In this document: positions 1-9,570 of the stretch, piece by piece | How the letters are laid out: each line of letters begins with the position of its first letter | Numbering within the stretch: the first letter of the stretch is position 1 | Assembly (NCBI GenBank): GCA_965228855.1 | Contig: CBDDIJ010000002.1 | Coordinates: 2,336,001-2,400,000, forward strand | Source of the DNA: Candidatus Obscuribacterales bacterium | GTDB lineage: Bacteria; Cyanobacteriota; Vampirovibrionia; Obscuribacterales; Obscuribacteraceae | Length of the DNA stretch: 64,000 nucleotides | Reading direction: 5' to 3' | Notes under the pieces: generated by a model | Seen by the model: only the letters and a program-made list of their open reading frames with translations | Told to the model about the DNA's origin: nothing | Database searches by the model: none | Translations under genes and position numbers: made by a program

Positions 1-123
1 CATTGTCGCGCAAATGATGCCGTTTTAGATGAAAGATGAACCCTGAAGTGTGGTTACAAGTGAATTTATTAAGATCTCCAGAGGCGATCAGCGTTATGAT
101 GGTCTCTGTTAAGTTCTGATCTA

Positions 124-2112
124 ATGGGACTTTCAGGGATCATGCAAACGCTAGTACAGCATCCGACCTCTTTCCTGGATGCAATTGTGACACCAGCCGA
201 ACTAAAGAAGCTCTCGATAAACGAGCTGAGATCGCTGGCGCAGGAGATACGTGCAGAGATTGTTCGCAATCTCAATAAGACCGGCGGGCACCTGGCTTCT
301 AATCTCGGCATTGTCGAAATTACGCTGGCGCTCCACTATGTTTTTGAGACACCAAGAGACCAAATTTTGTGGGACGTAGGGCATCAAGCGTACGTTCACA
401 AAATGCTCACCGGGCGTCGCGATAAGTTTCAGTCGCTTCGGCAGTTTAAGGGTTTATCCGGCTTCATCAACCCGCAAGAGAGCGAGCACGACTCGTTCGT
501 AGCAGGTCATAGTTCTACCTCTGTTTCTCTTGGCGTGGGTATGGCGATTGCTCGTGACCACCTTAAACAGGATCACAAGGTTATCGCCTTGATTGGAGAT
601 GGTGGTTTGACTGGCGGTATGGCGCTCGAGGCGCTGAATCACCTGGGTCATATCCAACGTGATGTTTTGATTTTGCTGAACGACAATGAAATGTCCATCA
701 GCGAAAACCTTGGTGGCTTCTCGCAGTACATGAAGCGCATTAAGGAAACGTTCTTCTACAAAGATATAAAGCAGAAAATCACTCAACTGGAAGATCAGCT
801 GGACGGAATGTCTCTGACTCCTGCAGTGTGGAAGCTCATCGAGTCCGTTAAACACGAGGCGACCGAGCGAATTGATACTCCCGGAATCGTTTTTGAAAAG
901 CTGGGAGTTAACTACAGTGGTCCGATTGATGGTCACGATGTCGGTGCCATCATCGAGATGTTCAACAAGGTTAAAAACGAGCGCGTTCCGCTTATCGCTC
1001 ATTTGATTACGCAAAAAGGAAAAGGTTTCGATCCTGCCGAGCGCGATTCGATTAAATATCACGGTGTGAAAAAGTCTTTCGAGCCACGCGTGGAGCCGGC
1101 TGCATCGGAGCAAGCCCAGAAATCCAAATCGGCTAAAACCTACTCGGACGTTTTCACTGATGCGCTTATCGATTTAGCGAAAGTAGAACCGAATCTGGTG
1201 GCAATCACTCCGGCAACTGCTGAAGGCAGTGGTCTGGTGAAGTTTGGAAAAGCATATCCTGAGCGCTTCTTTGACGTCGCCATTTGCGAACAGCACGCCG
1301 TCACGATGGCTGCGGGCATGGCGAAAGCCGGATTAAAACCGGTTGTCTCGATTTACTCGACCTTCCTGCAGCGAGCAATCGACCAGGTAATACACGACGT
1401 CGCCATAATGAACTTGCCGGTCGTCTTCGGTATAGACAGAGGCGGATTAGTCGAAGACGGTGAAACTCACCAGGGTGTTTTCGATATTGCGTTCATGCGT
1501 AGCGTGCCGAATTTCACGGTTCTTGCTCCAAAGGATGCTAACGAACTTCGCAGCATGTTGTACATGACCATAAAGGAGTCGAAGGGACCGGTAGCAATTC
1601 GCTTCCCTCGCGACGAGGCCGTTAACCCGGAGAATCTCGCGTCTGGCGAAACTTTTACGACCATCGATTGTACGAAGTGGGAAGTTCTGCAGGAAGGTGC
1701 ACCGCTCAATGGCTCAAACGGCAACATTGTAGTTCTCGCTCACGGCGCCATGGTGAAAGCGGCTACCGAAGCTAGTCTCGGTTTGAAAGAAAAGGGCATC
1801 GACATCACGATTGTGAATGCCCGTTCAGTGAAACCGCTCGATGTTCAAATGCTAAACACGCTTCTCGACAATCCGGAGAATCAGATCATTACTCTGGAAG
1901 AAGGCTGTGTGTCCGGCGGTTTTGGCGCGGCAGTTCTCGAGCACCGCTCACAGTATCGCGTAACCGATCCGAAGAAAAAGCTTGCTGAGGTCGTACCGCT
2001 CGGCGTTCCGGATCGCTTTATCGAGCACGGTGGCAGAGCAATTCTTCTTGATGAAGTCGGTTTAGGTCACAAGAAGCTGGTTGAGTTTATCAGCGGTTTC
2101 GCCGGACAATAG
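124..2112 (+). CDS. dxs: 1-deoxy-D-xylulose-5-phosphate synthase
   Basis: GGHLASNLGIVE, WDVGHQAYVHK, TPP motif GDGGLTGGMALEALN...NDN, FDVAICEQHAV, DGETHQG. Start may be ATG 142. Confidence 0.97.
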   Translation: MGLSGIMQTLVQHPTSFLDAIVTPAELKKLSINELRSLAQEIRAEIVRNLNKTGGHLASNLGIVEITLALHYVFETPRDQILWDVGHQAYVHKMLTGRRDKFQSLRQFKGLSGFINPQESEHDSFVAGHSSTSVSLGVGMAIARDHLKQDHKVIALIGDGGLTGGMALEALNHLGHIQRDVLILLNDNEMSISENLGGFSQYMKRIKETFFYKDIKQKITQLEDQLDGMSLTPAVWKLIESVKHEATERIDTPGIVFEKLGVNYSGPIDGHDVGAIIEMFNKVKNERVPLIAHLITQKGKGFDPAERDSIKYHGVKKSFEPRVEPAASEQAQKSKSAKTYSDVFTDALIDLAKVEPNLVAITPATAEGSGLVKFGKAYPERFFDVAICEQHAVTMAAGMAKAGLKPVVSIYSTFLQRAIDQVIHDVAIMNLPVVFGIDRGGLVEDGETHQGVFDIAFMRSVPNFTVLAPKDANELRSMLYMTIKESKGPVAIRFPRDEAVNPENLASGETFTTIDCTKWEVLQEGAPLNGSNGNIVVLAHGAMVKAATEASLGLKEKGIDITIVNARSVKPLDVQMLNTLLDNPENQIITLEEGCVSGGFGAAVLEHRSQYRVTDPKKKLAEVVPLGVPDRFIEHGGRAILLDEVGLGHKKLVEFISGFAGQ

Positions 2113-2286
2113 ACCTCTTTGCTCGATACAATGCAGTTCAGCTCAGGCACAAAAGGTCCTGATCCTCTTGTGGTTGCTATTGCGATTTTCCCCCTCGAGT
2201 GACAAGGTCTTGTCACTGCGACGGTTGAATTCGACAGTGCGAAAACATTCTTGGCGTAGTTCAATTGCCTCAGGACTTGAGGGTAA

Positions 2287-3909
2287 TTGGATGAATGCAG
2301 TTGTGGCTGGACAAAGAGGTGCGGAATGGATTCAGCAGAGCGAATGCGAAGCATGTGCGAGATACCGGCTCGAAAACCTTCGTTTGCAGACACTGCTTGG
2401 TCGGAGTGTGCTGCTGGTGCTCCTGGAGTTAGTGCTCTGGTTTTCGGCACCGTAGATGGTGTCAAAGAGCAGTTCGACAAATATTCGCGTGGCACAATTT
2501 CCCTTCCTGTGTTGGAGATAGCAGGTGCGGTTGGGCTTGGAGTGGCGCTTAACGCTGCACCGAAATGGCTGGCTGTGCCTGCCGCAGTTGTCGGCGGCGC
2601 AGGCTCATTACAATATCTGCAAGAGGTTCAAACTACTGCATCACGAGTTTTGCCGGCACTAACCGAACGAAGTTCGACGGCGGAGCGAACTCGAAAAATC
2701 GTGGCTTCCGAGGTCGGACCGCTTGCTTCTGAAACGGTTTGTCTGGCGGCGCTCGGTCTCGTCTCTTCCGGTTTTACCTCGCATGTCGCAGGTCGGATAG
2801 AGCGACCTTCTAAGTTGTTGCAGATTCGGAGATCTAAGTCTCATTTCGAAATTGGAACGGAGTCGAATCTGTCCGATTTTCGAAGTTACAAATTACCGCA
2901 TGTGGATCTGAGGTACTTCGCTCCAACCGCCGCTTCTCATAGTCGTTTGCATTACTTCGATGTTTCAAAACTTCAGCGAAATGGCTTCGGCGAAAATGCG
3001 ACGCTGAAGTTTTCTCCCTATATGCAATTGACGAATGACGACGCAAAACATTCGCTGATAAAACAGTTTCAGTCATCTCACAAATGGAATTCTTCACCAG
3101 AAGGGTATGTGAGAGTTCCTATTCTACCGCGTCAGTATTCCAATGTGGCTCTCGGTTTACGACCCAAGACCCATGCCGACAGTAAGTTATATGAATTCGC
3201 GAAAGACTCGATTGTTCAAGTTCATGGAGTCGGTTCCGACAATCAGGCTTGGAGCGGTTCGGGATTTTTCGTCGAACGGGACGGTAAGATTGCGACGGCT
3301 TTGCACGTTGTCGCTGACGCTAAAAAAGTGCGAGTAACATCCAGTGATGGTATTAAATATGATGCCGCCTTAATTGCTCATGACTTTGATTCCGATACCG
3401 CCATCCTGAAGGTGCACAGTCTCGGAACAACGTTTAAACCCCTTCAGTTGGCGGCATCTAATGAACCTGTGAAGAGCGATGTTTTCCTCTTCGGCCATCC
3501 GGCAGGTTCGAAAACCATGTTTATGTCTCCCGGATTATTTCATCGTAAAGGTTATGAGCGGGCATATCTGTCCCCAACGGACAGTAATGAAATCCTTTAC
3601 CGCGGGCGAGTCTTCGAGACCAGGGCCTATTTCTTGCATGACCGGAAAGGAAACTCCGGTGGTCCGGTTTTAAATTCAGACGGCAAAGTTATCGCGCTGC
3701 ATACAGATGGCGATCTGCATGCGTGCAATTCTTATGATGAAGTGAGAGTCGGTGTTGGTGCAGCATCTAGCGAACTGTCAAAGTTGTTGGTCCTGGCGCG
3801 AGGCAAAGAAGACACGTCGCATCAAATATGGAGACCTCATCTCCTCTTTCCGCGCGAAACGGAGTCGCTGTCAGCCAGAAATCGATGGTGGTCGTTTCTC
3901 TTGCCGTGA
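2287..3909 (+). CDS. Trypsin-like (S1C) serine protease with long N-terminal extension
   Basis: C-terminal GSGFFV, TALHVV (His), DTAILKV (Asp), GNSGGPVLN (Ser). No PDZ seen. Start uncertain (ATG 2326 possible). Confidence 0.8.
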   Translation: MDECSCGWTKRCGMDSAERMRSMCEIPARKPSFADTAWSECAAGAPGVSALVFGTVDGVKEQFDKYSRGTISLPVLEIAGAVGLGVALNAAPKWLAVPAAVVGGAGSLQYLQEVQTTASRVLPALTERSSTAERTRKIVASEVGPLASETVCLAALGLVSSGFTSHVAGRIERPSKLLQIRRSKSHFEIGTESNLSDFRSYKLPHVDLRYFAPTAASHSRLHYFDVSKLQRNGFGENATLKFSPYMQLTNDDAKHSLIKQFQSSHKWNSSPEGYVRVPILPRQYSNVALGLRPKTHADSKLYEFAKDSIVQVHGVGSDNQAWSGSGFFVERDGKIATALHVVADAKKVRVTSSDGIKYDAALIAHDFDSDTAILKVHSLGTTFKPLQLAASNEPVKSDVFLFGHPAGSKTMFMSPGLFHRKGYERAYLSPTDSNEILYRGRVFETRAYFLHDRKGNSGGPVLNSDGKVIALHTDGDLHACNSYDEVRVGVGAASSELSKLLVLARGKEDTSHQIWRPHLLFPRETESLSARNRWWSFLLP

Positions 3910-3913
3910 GAAA

Positions 3914-4510
3914 CTAAACTTCGCGCCTGCCCTCGAGAGCCCGCGATAGAGTCAAATCGTCTGCATACTCAAGATCCGCGCCCATCGGCAGTCCGAATGC
4001 GATACGCGTGACCCTGATGCCGAGTGGTTTTAACAGATTGTTCAGATACAGCACCGTCGCGTCACCCTCGATGGTCGGATTGATGGCGAGAATTACTTCT
4101 TTAATGCCGTCTGTGTGAACGCGATTAATCAACTCGCGGATGCTGAGTTGGTCGGGACCTTTGCCTTCCAGAGGTGAAATCAGACCGGTAAGGACGTGAT
4201 ACCGCCCTTTGAATTCGCGGGTTCGCTCTAACGCGATTACGTCTTTTGAGTCAGCAACCACACACATTACGAGTGGTTCTCTACGCTCACTGGTGCAAAT
4301 TTCGCACGGATCCTGTGCGGACAAGTGGTAACAACGGCTGCAGTTTTTAACGCGCTCTTTCGCGTCCACGAGCGCGTCTGCAAATTGCGTGACGTCATCT
4401 TTTGACATGCCTAAAACGAAGAAAGCCATGCGTTGAGCCGATTTCGGACCAATGCCTGGAAACTTTTGAAATTGCTCTATCAGTCTTGCCAGCGGTGGTG
4501 TGAATTGCAT
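3914..4510 (-). CDS. recR: Recombination mediator RecR
   Basis: [11 protein letters not shown]hH, CSRC...CEIC zinc finger, [30 protein letters not shown]. Confidence 0.97.
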   Translation of the reverse strand: MQFTPPLARLIEQFQKFPGIGPKSAQRMAFFVLGMSKDDVTQFADALVDAKERVKNCSRCYHLSAQDPCEICTSERREPLVMCVVADSKDVIALERTREFKGRYHVLTGLISPLEGKGPDQLSIRELINRVHTDGIKEVILAINPTIEGDATVLYLNNLLKPLGIRVTRIAFGLPMGADLEYADDLTLSRALEGRREV

Positions 4511-4516
4511 ACGTCC

Positions 4517-4828
4517 CTAGAACCCGCCCCCCATGCCCGGAGGCATCTTCAGGTTCTGCGCGGTATGTTCCTGGCATTGCACGATGGCGCTGTTGATAGC
4601 GACTACAAGCAAATCTTCCAGCATGCCCAGATCGCTTATATCCACCGCTTCCGGCTTGATTTTGACTGCTTGGAACTCCATCGCGCCATTGCAACGAACC
4701 GTAACTGCGCCGCCGCCAGCCGTGCCTTCCACTTTTTTGAGTTTCAATTCTTCCTGCAATCTCATGACTTCTTTCTGCATGTGTTGCAATTGCTCGTAAA
4801 GCTTGTTGATATCCGGTGGTTGGTGCAT
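4517..4828 (-). CDS. ybaB: YbaB/EbfC nucleoid-associated protein
   Basis: VEGTAGGGAVTV...LEDLLVVAINSA; directly upstream of recR; AGGAGA RBS before ATG 4828. Confidence 0.93.
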   Translation of the reverse strand: MHQPPDINKLYEQLQHMQKEVMRLQEELKLKKVEGTAGGGAVTVRCNGAMEFQAVKIKPEAVDISDLGMLEDLLVVAINSAIVQCQEHTAQNLKMPPGMGGGF

Positions 4829-5045
4829 TGTGTTCTCCTGATCCGCGCATGGCTTTTCACGCACTTTGCTAGGATTATCTCACGGGAAGAATGCGAGGAT
4901 TTACGACTACATGGGCTTCTTGGGAGGCATGCCGTAAATCTTTATTAATGGTGTCAGGCTGCGGCTATCGAAGCATGGCACAAGTATCTATACTAGTCGG
5001 CGAGAAACCCGTTAATCCGCTTCAACTCTTGATGGGGTGAGGAAA

Positions 5046-5234
5046 ATGGCTGAATTCGAAACAAACGCAGAAAATGCCGAAGCATCCGAAGACGGCGACA
5101 AAGAAAGCCTGGCGCATCGCTCTAAGGGATTGCTGGATAAGTCGCTCAAGCGACTCGTTTTATTTGTCTCTTTCGGACCTGGAGTTTTAGGATTTCTGTG
5201 GCTAATTGGACGTATCTTAAAGCCCTCGCGCTAA
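5046..5234 (+). CDS. Small membrane protein, or frameshifted N-terminus of the following acyltransferase
   Basis: GAGG RBS plus ATG 5046, acidic start then one hydrophobic helix; overlaps the next ORF by 37 nt. Confidence 0.45.
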   Translation: MAEFETNAENAEASEDGDKESLAHRSKGLLDKSLKRLVLFVSFGPGVLGFLWLIGRILKPSR

Positions 5235-6106
5235 CAGATCCTCTGGCGTACCTGGAGAAGCGCAACCCGACGTACTGTGAGCGGTACGGCGCGGATGTCG
5301 ACGAATTCGGTTACGACATCCACACTTATGCGCGCTGGGAGCCGCTTTTCAGATTTCTCTTCGAGGATTATTTCAAAGTCGATATTCGCGGCATTGAGAA
5401 CATTCCCCACGAAGGTCGAGGCATTCTAGTTGGCAATCACTCGGGATTGCTGCCGCTGGACGGTGCCATGCTGAGCATCGCGATGTGCAATTACAACCAA
5501 TCTCCGCGCCGAGTGCGGTACCTGGTCACGGACTGGTTTTTCAGCGTTCCAGGAATGGCTTCCTGGATGCGCGAGACCGGTCAGGTCCGTGCCACTCTGG
5601 ACAATGCCCAGAAGTTGCTTGCAAACGACGAACTGGTGGGCATTTATCCTGAGGGAATTCGCGGGGTCGGTAAGCCCTTTCGCGAGCGCTATCGAGTTCT
5701 GGATTTCCATCCTGGATTCGTTCAACTTGCTCTGGAGACCCAGACGCCTTTAATTCCTATCGCGACTGTCGGTGGAGACGAGATTTTTCCGAACTTCGTC
5801 AACTTGAAAGACATCGCTCGACTAGTGGGCATGCCATTCTTCCCGATCACACTGGGTTTTCCATGGCTGCCATTCCCGTTGATGTTTTTCCCTTTGCCGG
5901 TTAGATGGCTCATCAAGATCCACAAGCCGATAGATTTAAACTATCCAGCATCTAAAGCGAAAGACCGGAGATTTGTTCTCGGCATTGCTCGTGATATTCA
6001 GCATATGATTCAGGAAGACTTGAATGAAATGCTGCGGCTCCGGAAAAACGTCTTCACCGGCTGGGACGACGACGACAACACAACCGAAAAAGAGGAAGCG
6101 AAATGA
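5198..6106 (+). CDS. Lysophospholipid/glycerol acyltransferase family protein
   Basis: DEFGYD, GIENIP, NHSGLLPLD (His...Asp), IYPEGIRG, GFVQLA, PLIPIATVG. Confidence 0.9.
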   Translation: MANWTYLKALALTDPLAYLEKRNPTYCERYGADVDEFGYDIHTYARWEPLFRFLFEDYFKVDIRGIENIPHEGRGILVGNHSGLLPLDGAMLSIAMCNYNQSPRRVRYLVTDWFFSVPGMASWMRETGQVRATLDNAQKLLANDELVGIYPEGIRGVGKPFRERYRVLDFHPGFVQLALETQTPLIPIATVGGDEIFPNFVNLKDIARLVGMPFFPITLGFPWLPFPLMFFPLPVRWLIKIHKPIDLNYPASKAKDRRFVLGIARDIQHMIQEDLNEMLRLRKNVFTGWDDDDNTTEKEEAK

Positions 6107-6915
6107 GCAATTTCGTGGCGACCTATCGCGAATTCGTAAAACAATCCGCGAAGTCAGACCAATACTGGGGATTCGATCTTCGTGCTCTGGCGCGGCTGGA
6201 ACCTTTTCTTTCCTTTCTCTACTTCGATTGGTGGAAAGTTAGCTTCGAAGGGCTGGACCGTTTGCCTAAAGAAGGACCTGCCGTAATCGTTGGAAATCAG
6301 GGCAGTGTCCTGCCCTGGCAAGCTTTGATGCTTATTTATGGAATGATGTCCAATGCGGATAATCCGCGTCGAGTGCATATAATGTGTGATCTCGACTGGA
6401 TAGAAGACGAACGGCTCAATGCGTTTCTCATCGAGATCGGTTTTGTGCCGTGGTCCTCGGCAAGCATGAAACGTTTGTTTGCTAAAGGCGAAATCGTTGC
6501 AATCTTTCCTGAAGGTGTTGCGGGGTTGGCGAAACCTTACAGCCAGCGGTACCGTTTGCAGGAATTCGATTGGACTAGATTGCTTCCGGCTGTCGAGGAA
6601 GGCGTGAAGATTTTTCCTCTTTCCACTCTCGGTTGTGATGAGGCCGTTCCGTTAATTTGGAACGCAGAACGTCTCGCTAAGTTTTTGAAGATGCCATACT
6701 TTCCTGTATCGCCGTTCTTTCCATGGTTCCCTTTTCCGCTGAATCTTGCTTCAAAGTCGATTCCGTGGAAGATGAACCTGATGAAGGAAGCGAAGTTTCA
6801 GACCTCCCAGGAGCGCGATGAAATTGAGGACGAAACAAAGACTTTATCCAGACGGCTTGAAGGCGAGATCCAGGCTCAATTGAACCGGGATTTGCGCCGC
6901 CGTTTCAAGGCGTAA
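6103..6915 (+). CDS. Acyltransferase-family paralog with degenerate catalytic motif
   Basis: Colinear with the previous gene (GLDRLP, IFPEGVAG, PFFPWFPFP) but NQGSVLPWQ replaces NHSGLLPLD; ATGA overlap. Confidence 0.85.
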   Translation: MSNFVATYREFVKQSAKSDQYWGFDLRALARLEPFLSFLYFDWWKVSFEGLDRLPKEGPAVIVGNQGSVLPWQALMLIYGMMSNADNPRRVHIMCDLDWIEDERLNAFLIEIGFVPWSSASMKRLFAKGEIVAIFPEGVAGLAKPYSQRYRLQEFDWTRLLPAVEEGVKIFPLSTLGCDEAVPLIWNAERLAKFLKMPYFPVSPFFPWFPFPLNLASKSIPWKMNLMKEAKFQTSQERDEIEDETKTLSRRLEGEIQAQLNRDLRRRFKA

Positions 6916-7025
6916 AGTTATTCGTCGCCGCTCGCTCGGCGCGGGCGTCTGCTAAGCACTTCAAGAGGTCAGGAATACCTAAGTTCTGGTAGTCTTTAAG
7001 AAGTCCGTTAGTTCGATTGGTTGTC

Positions 7026-8630
7026 ATGTATCGTCCAAAGCAATCGCCCATTCGCTTGCCCAGGTTGGAAACCCTCCCCGGGTTAGACGATGTTATGAAC
7101 GCGATGGAAAATGCGCGTGCCCGAATGGGCATGCCCGTCGAGTTGTCCTGGGTGATGGGAGATGGTGTGACCGTCTATCGCCTGGTTGCCACTTGCTCTC
7201 AACAGACCGGAGATTTGACGTGGGATTTGCTGGTTGGTGAAGGTCGGAATGAGGTCCAAGCCTGGACTTATACCACCGGTGACGTGGCTCTTGTTCTCAA
7301 TCTGGTTCTATCCGAGTCGACAGAAAATATTACCGAAGGCACCATGGATCAGGCCGGGTTACTCGGTGAAAACCACGACAGAAACACGGGTTTGTCCAGC
7401 AGTTACAGCACATCGCTAATGGGACTGCAGTCTCTCACATCGACCTCCTCGAAACTTCCTGTTTTTCAAGCGTCGCGTGCACTGCGCCCGGCCAGCATGG
7501 AAGGAACGCTCGAGGACATGCCGATTCCGAACCTATTGCAATCGATTGCGATGGGAAAAAACACAGGCAAGCTCACAGTGACAAACGAAGAGACCGGCGC
7601 AGAGCTATTCTTCGTAGATGGTGAATTGACGCACGCACAGGTTTTAAACTTGAAGGGCGACCTGGCGATCATGGAGTTGGTCACGTGGGACACAGGCCGT
7701 TTCTTCTTCTATCGAGACGAACGCTCTGAGCAAAAAACTGTTCAGCGGCGGGTTGACGCTATCCTTATGGAAAGTGTCACACTGCTTGACCAGAGCAAAT
7801 TCTTGCTCGATAGCGGTCTGAAAATGGACAGCTATATCGACAAGAGAGATGCCGCTCTCACCGAGGCGCAATTCGAGGAGGCGGTGAAGCGCGGGGCGCC
7901 ATGCGATATTGCTGCGCAAAAGCAATTCTATCTGCGCCTCGATGGCAACAGTACGCTGTTCGATATTTTGCGCGAGCGACCCATGGTTAAGAAAGACTGG
8001 GTTCCAGTGCTGTTTAACATGATTCGCTGTGAGTTAATTACTTTATCCGACAAGCCGCGCATTCGCGATAAGGCTAGCTTGTTGCAATCAACCGCTCTCG
8101 ACCGTAACGCGATCGATGCGGTGGCGCGTTCGATGAAGCGCTCCGACACTGGGATTGTTTCTTATCCTGCTTTTCAGTACTTTCTTGAGCAAGAATTTTT
8201 CCGTTTTCAATTTAACAGCACGCCTTTCTCAGTGATTGTTTTTGAAGTCTGGATGTGGGGACAGGACAAGCTCGAAGCTCTACCGATCCCGGCTGTTGCG
8301 GAGGTGGCGCGTCGCATTGGAAGCGTGAAACGCAATATCGATTTGCTCGCCCACTTCGAAGCATTGCACTACGCGATGCTTCTGCCGAATACGGAAACCG
8401 CATCAGCTGCCATTCTCGCGCACCGCTGCCTTGAAGTTCTTACTGCCACCAGTTTGACTTCTGAGACCGCAACTCGACGGCTTGCCCTGGCATTCGGAAT
8501 TGCTGGAATTCCGGAAGACTGTCGTGATGTCGGTTTGCTGCTGTCCGCCGCCAAGGTAGCAAAAAATCTGGCGCAGCAATCCGATTTTCCGATCATTATG
8601 TTTAAAGACCTGCAGGCTCCTCCGCAATAG
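7026..8630 (+). CDS. DUF4388 (PatA-N-like) domain protein with degenerate C-terminal GGDEF-like domain
   Basis: MEGTLEDMPIPNLLQ...TGKLTV...LFFVDGELTHA...WDTGRFFF; C-terminal DTGIVSY...PFSVIVFEV...RNIDLLAHFEALHYAMLLPNT. Confidence 0.8.
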   Translation: MYRPKQSPIRLPRLETLPGLDDVMNAMENARARMGMPVELSWVMGDGVTVYRLVATCSQQTGDLTWDLLVGEGRNEVQAWTYTTGDVALVLNLVLSESTENITEGTMDQAGLLGENHDRNTGLSSSYSTSLMGLQSLTSTSSKLPVFQASRALRPASMEGTLEDMPIPNLLQSIAMGKNTGKLTVTNEETGAELFFVDGELTHAQVLNLKGDLAIMELVTWDTGRFFFYRDERSEQKTVQRRVDAILMESVTLLDQSKFLLDSGLKMDSYIDKRDAALTEAQFEEAVKRGAPCDIAAQKQFYLRLDGNSTLFDILRERPMVKKDWVPVLFNMIRCELITLSDKPRIRDKASLLQSTALDRNAIDAVARSMKRSDTGIVSYPAFQYFLEQEFFRFQFNSTPFSVIVFEVWMWGQDKLEALPIPAVAEVARRIGSVKRNIDLLAHFEALHYAMLLPNTETASAAILAHRCLEVLTATSLTSETATRRLALAFGIAGIPEDCRDVGLLLSAAKVAKNLAQQSDFPIIMFKDLQAPPQ

Positions 8631-8723
8631 CGAAAGAGCCTGAAGGATACCGTAAATCTGGTGTTCTATTTAAGTGGGTTTCTACAGCTTGAGCGTTGCG
8701 CTGCAATCGTTTATCAATTGCAA

Positions 8724-9353
8724 CTAGGCGGTGCGCAAGTCTGTAACCTCACGCATCAAGCGTAGAAGTGTCTTCTGAGCTCGATCCGCTACATACGGAT
8801 TTTCATCCTCGATCAGAACTTTTAAAACGGCGATCGGAACCGTGTAGCTCTCAGCCAGCCGGAGCCTCACATCTGGACTGTTATCTCTTGCGAGTTTCCA
8901 GACTGTTTTCATAGACGTATTTATGTTTTCCGCCACAGCTGCACGAACCTGAGCCTCCTCATGGTTGGCCAGTCGAGTCAGTGTGACAGAGTGTGCCCGC
9001 GGATGCTCCGCAACGCGCTCAAGGAGCTGCGGCGGCGCATTATGAGCGAGATGGTCGAGAACCGGCGGCGGAGTATTGGGATTGATAGCGAGTAGCCAGC
9101 GAATTCTCGCGGCTTCTAACGCTGCATTTTCCTTTTCTGCCGAACGGTCCTTCTTCGGCTTGGTAGCGACCACCTGATCTGTGGTCTCACCAGAATCCTT
9201 ATTGCACAACAACACCTTCAGTGCCTCCCTGATGTGTTCTTCCTTCTCCCAATGGAACGCATAGGCAAACGACAAATCGTATTGCTCAAGTTCGAATGAG
9301 TGCGTCGTTTCGCCCTTCGGCGCAGCACTATTTGCGAACCTTCTCGTGCCCAT
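8724..9353 (-). CDS. Leucine-rich-variant (LRV)/HEAT-like repeat protein
   Basis: Repeats LAINPNTPPPVLDHLA, VAEHPRAH, VRAAVAENINTS, VRLRLAESYTVP. Confidence 0.75.
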   Translation of the reverse strand: MGTRRFANSAAPKGETTHSFELEQYDLSFAYAFHWEKEEHIREALKVLLCNKDSGETTDQVVATKPKKDRSAEKENAALEAARIRWLLAINPNTPPPVLDHLAHNAPPQLLERVAEHPRAHSVTLTRLANHEEAQVRAAVAENINTSMKTVWKLARDNSPDVRLRLAESYTVPIAVLKVLIEDENPYVADRAQKTLLRLMREVTDLRTA

Positions 9354-9570
9354 AGTCGTAGTTGAGTTCGACGGATAGATTGTAGTTGCCCCCAAAATCA
9401 GACACGAATGCCTGATGTATATGCCCTACAACCATTATGCCTGCAGGGTTTTACAACTGTGTCTTGGTTTGGCTATAAATCCCTATAGGGAAGGCTACAA
9501 ATTTCCCGATACTTGCATCAGGGTATCGTCCGGGTTAACGCTTCAGAGTCAAAGGTTTTGCAGTCGCTCG

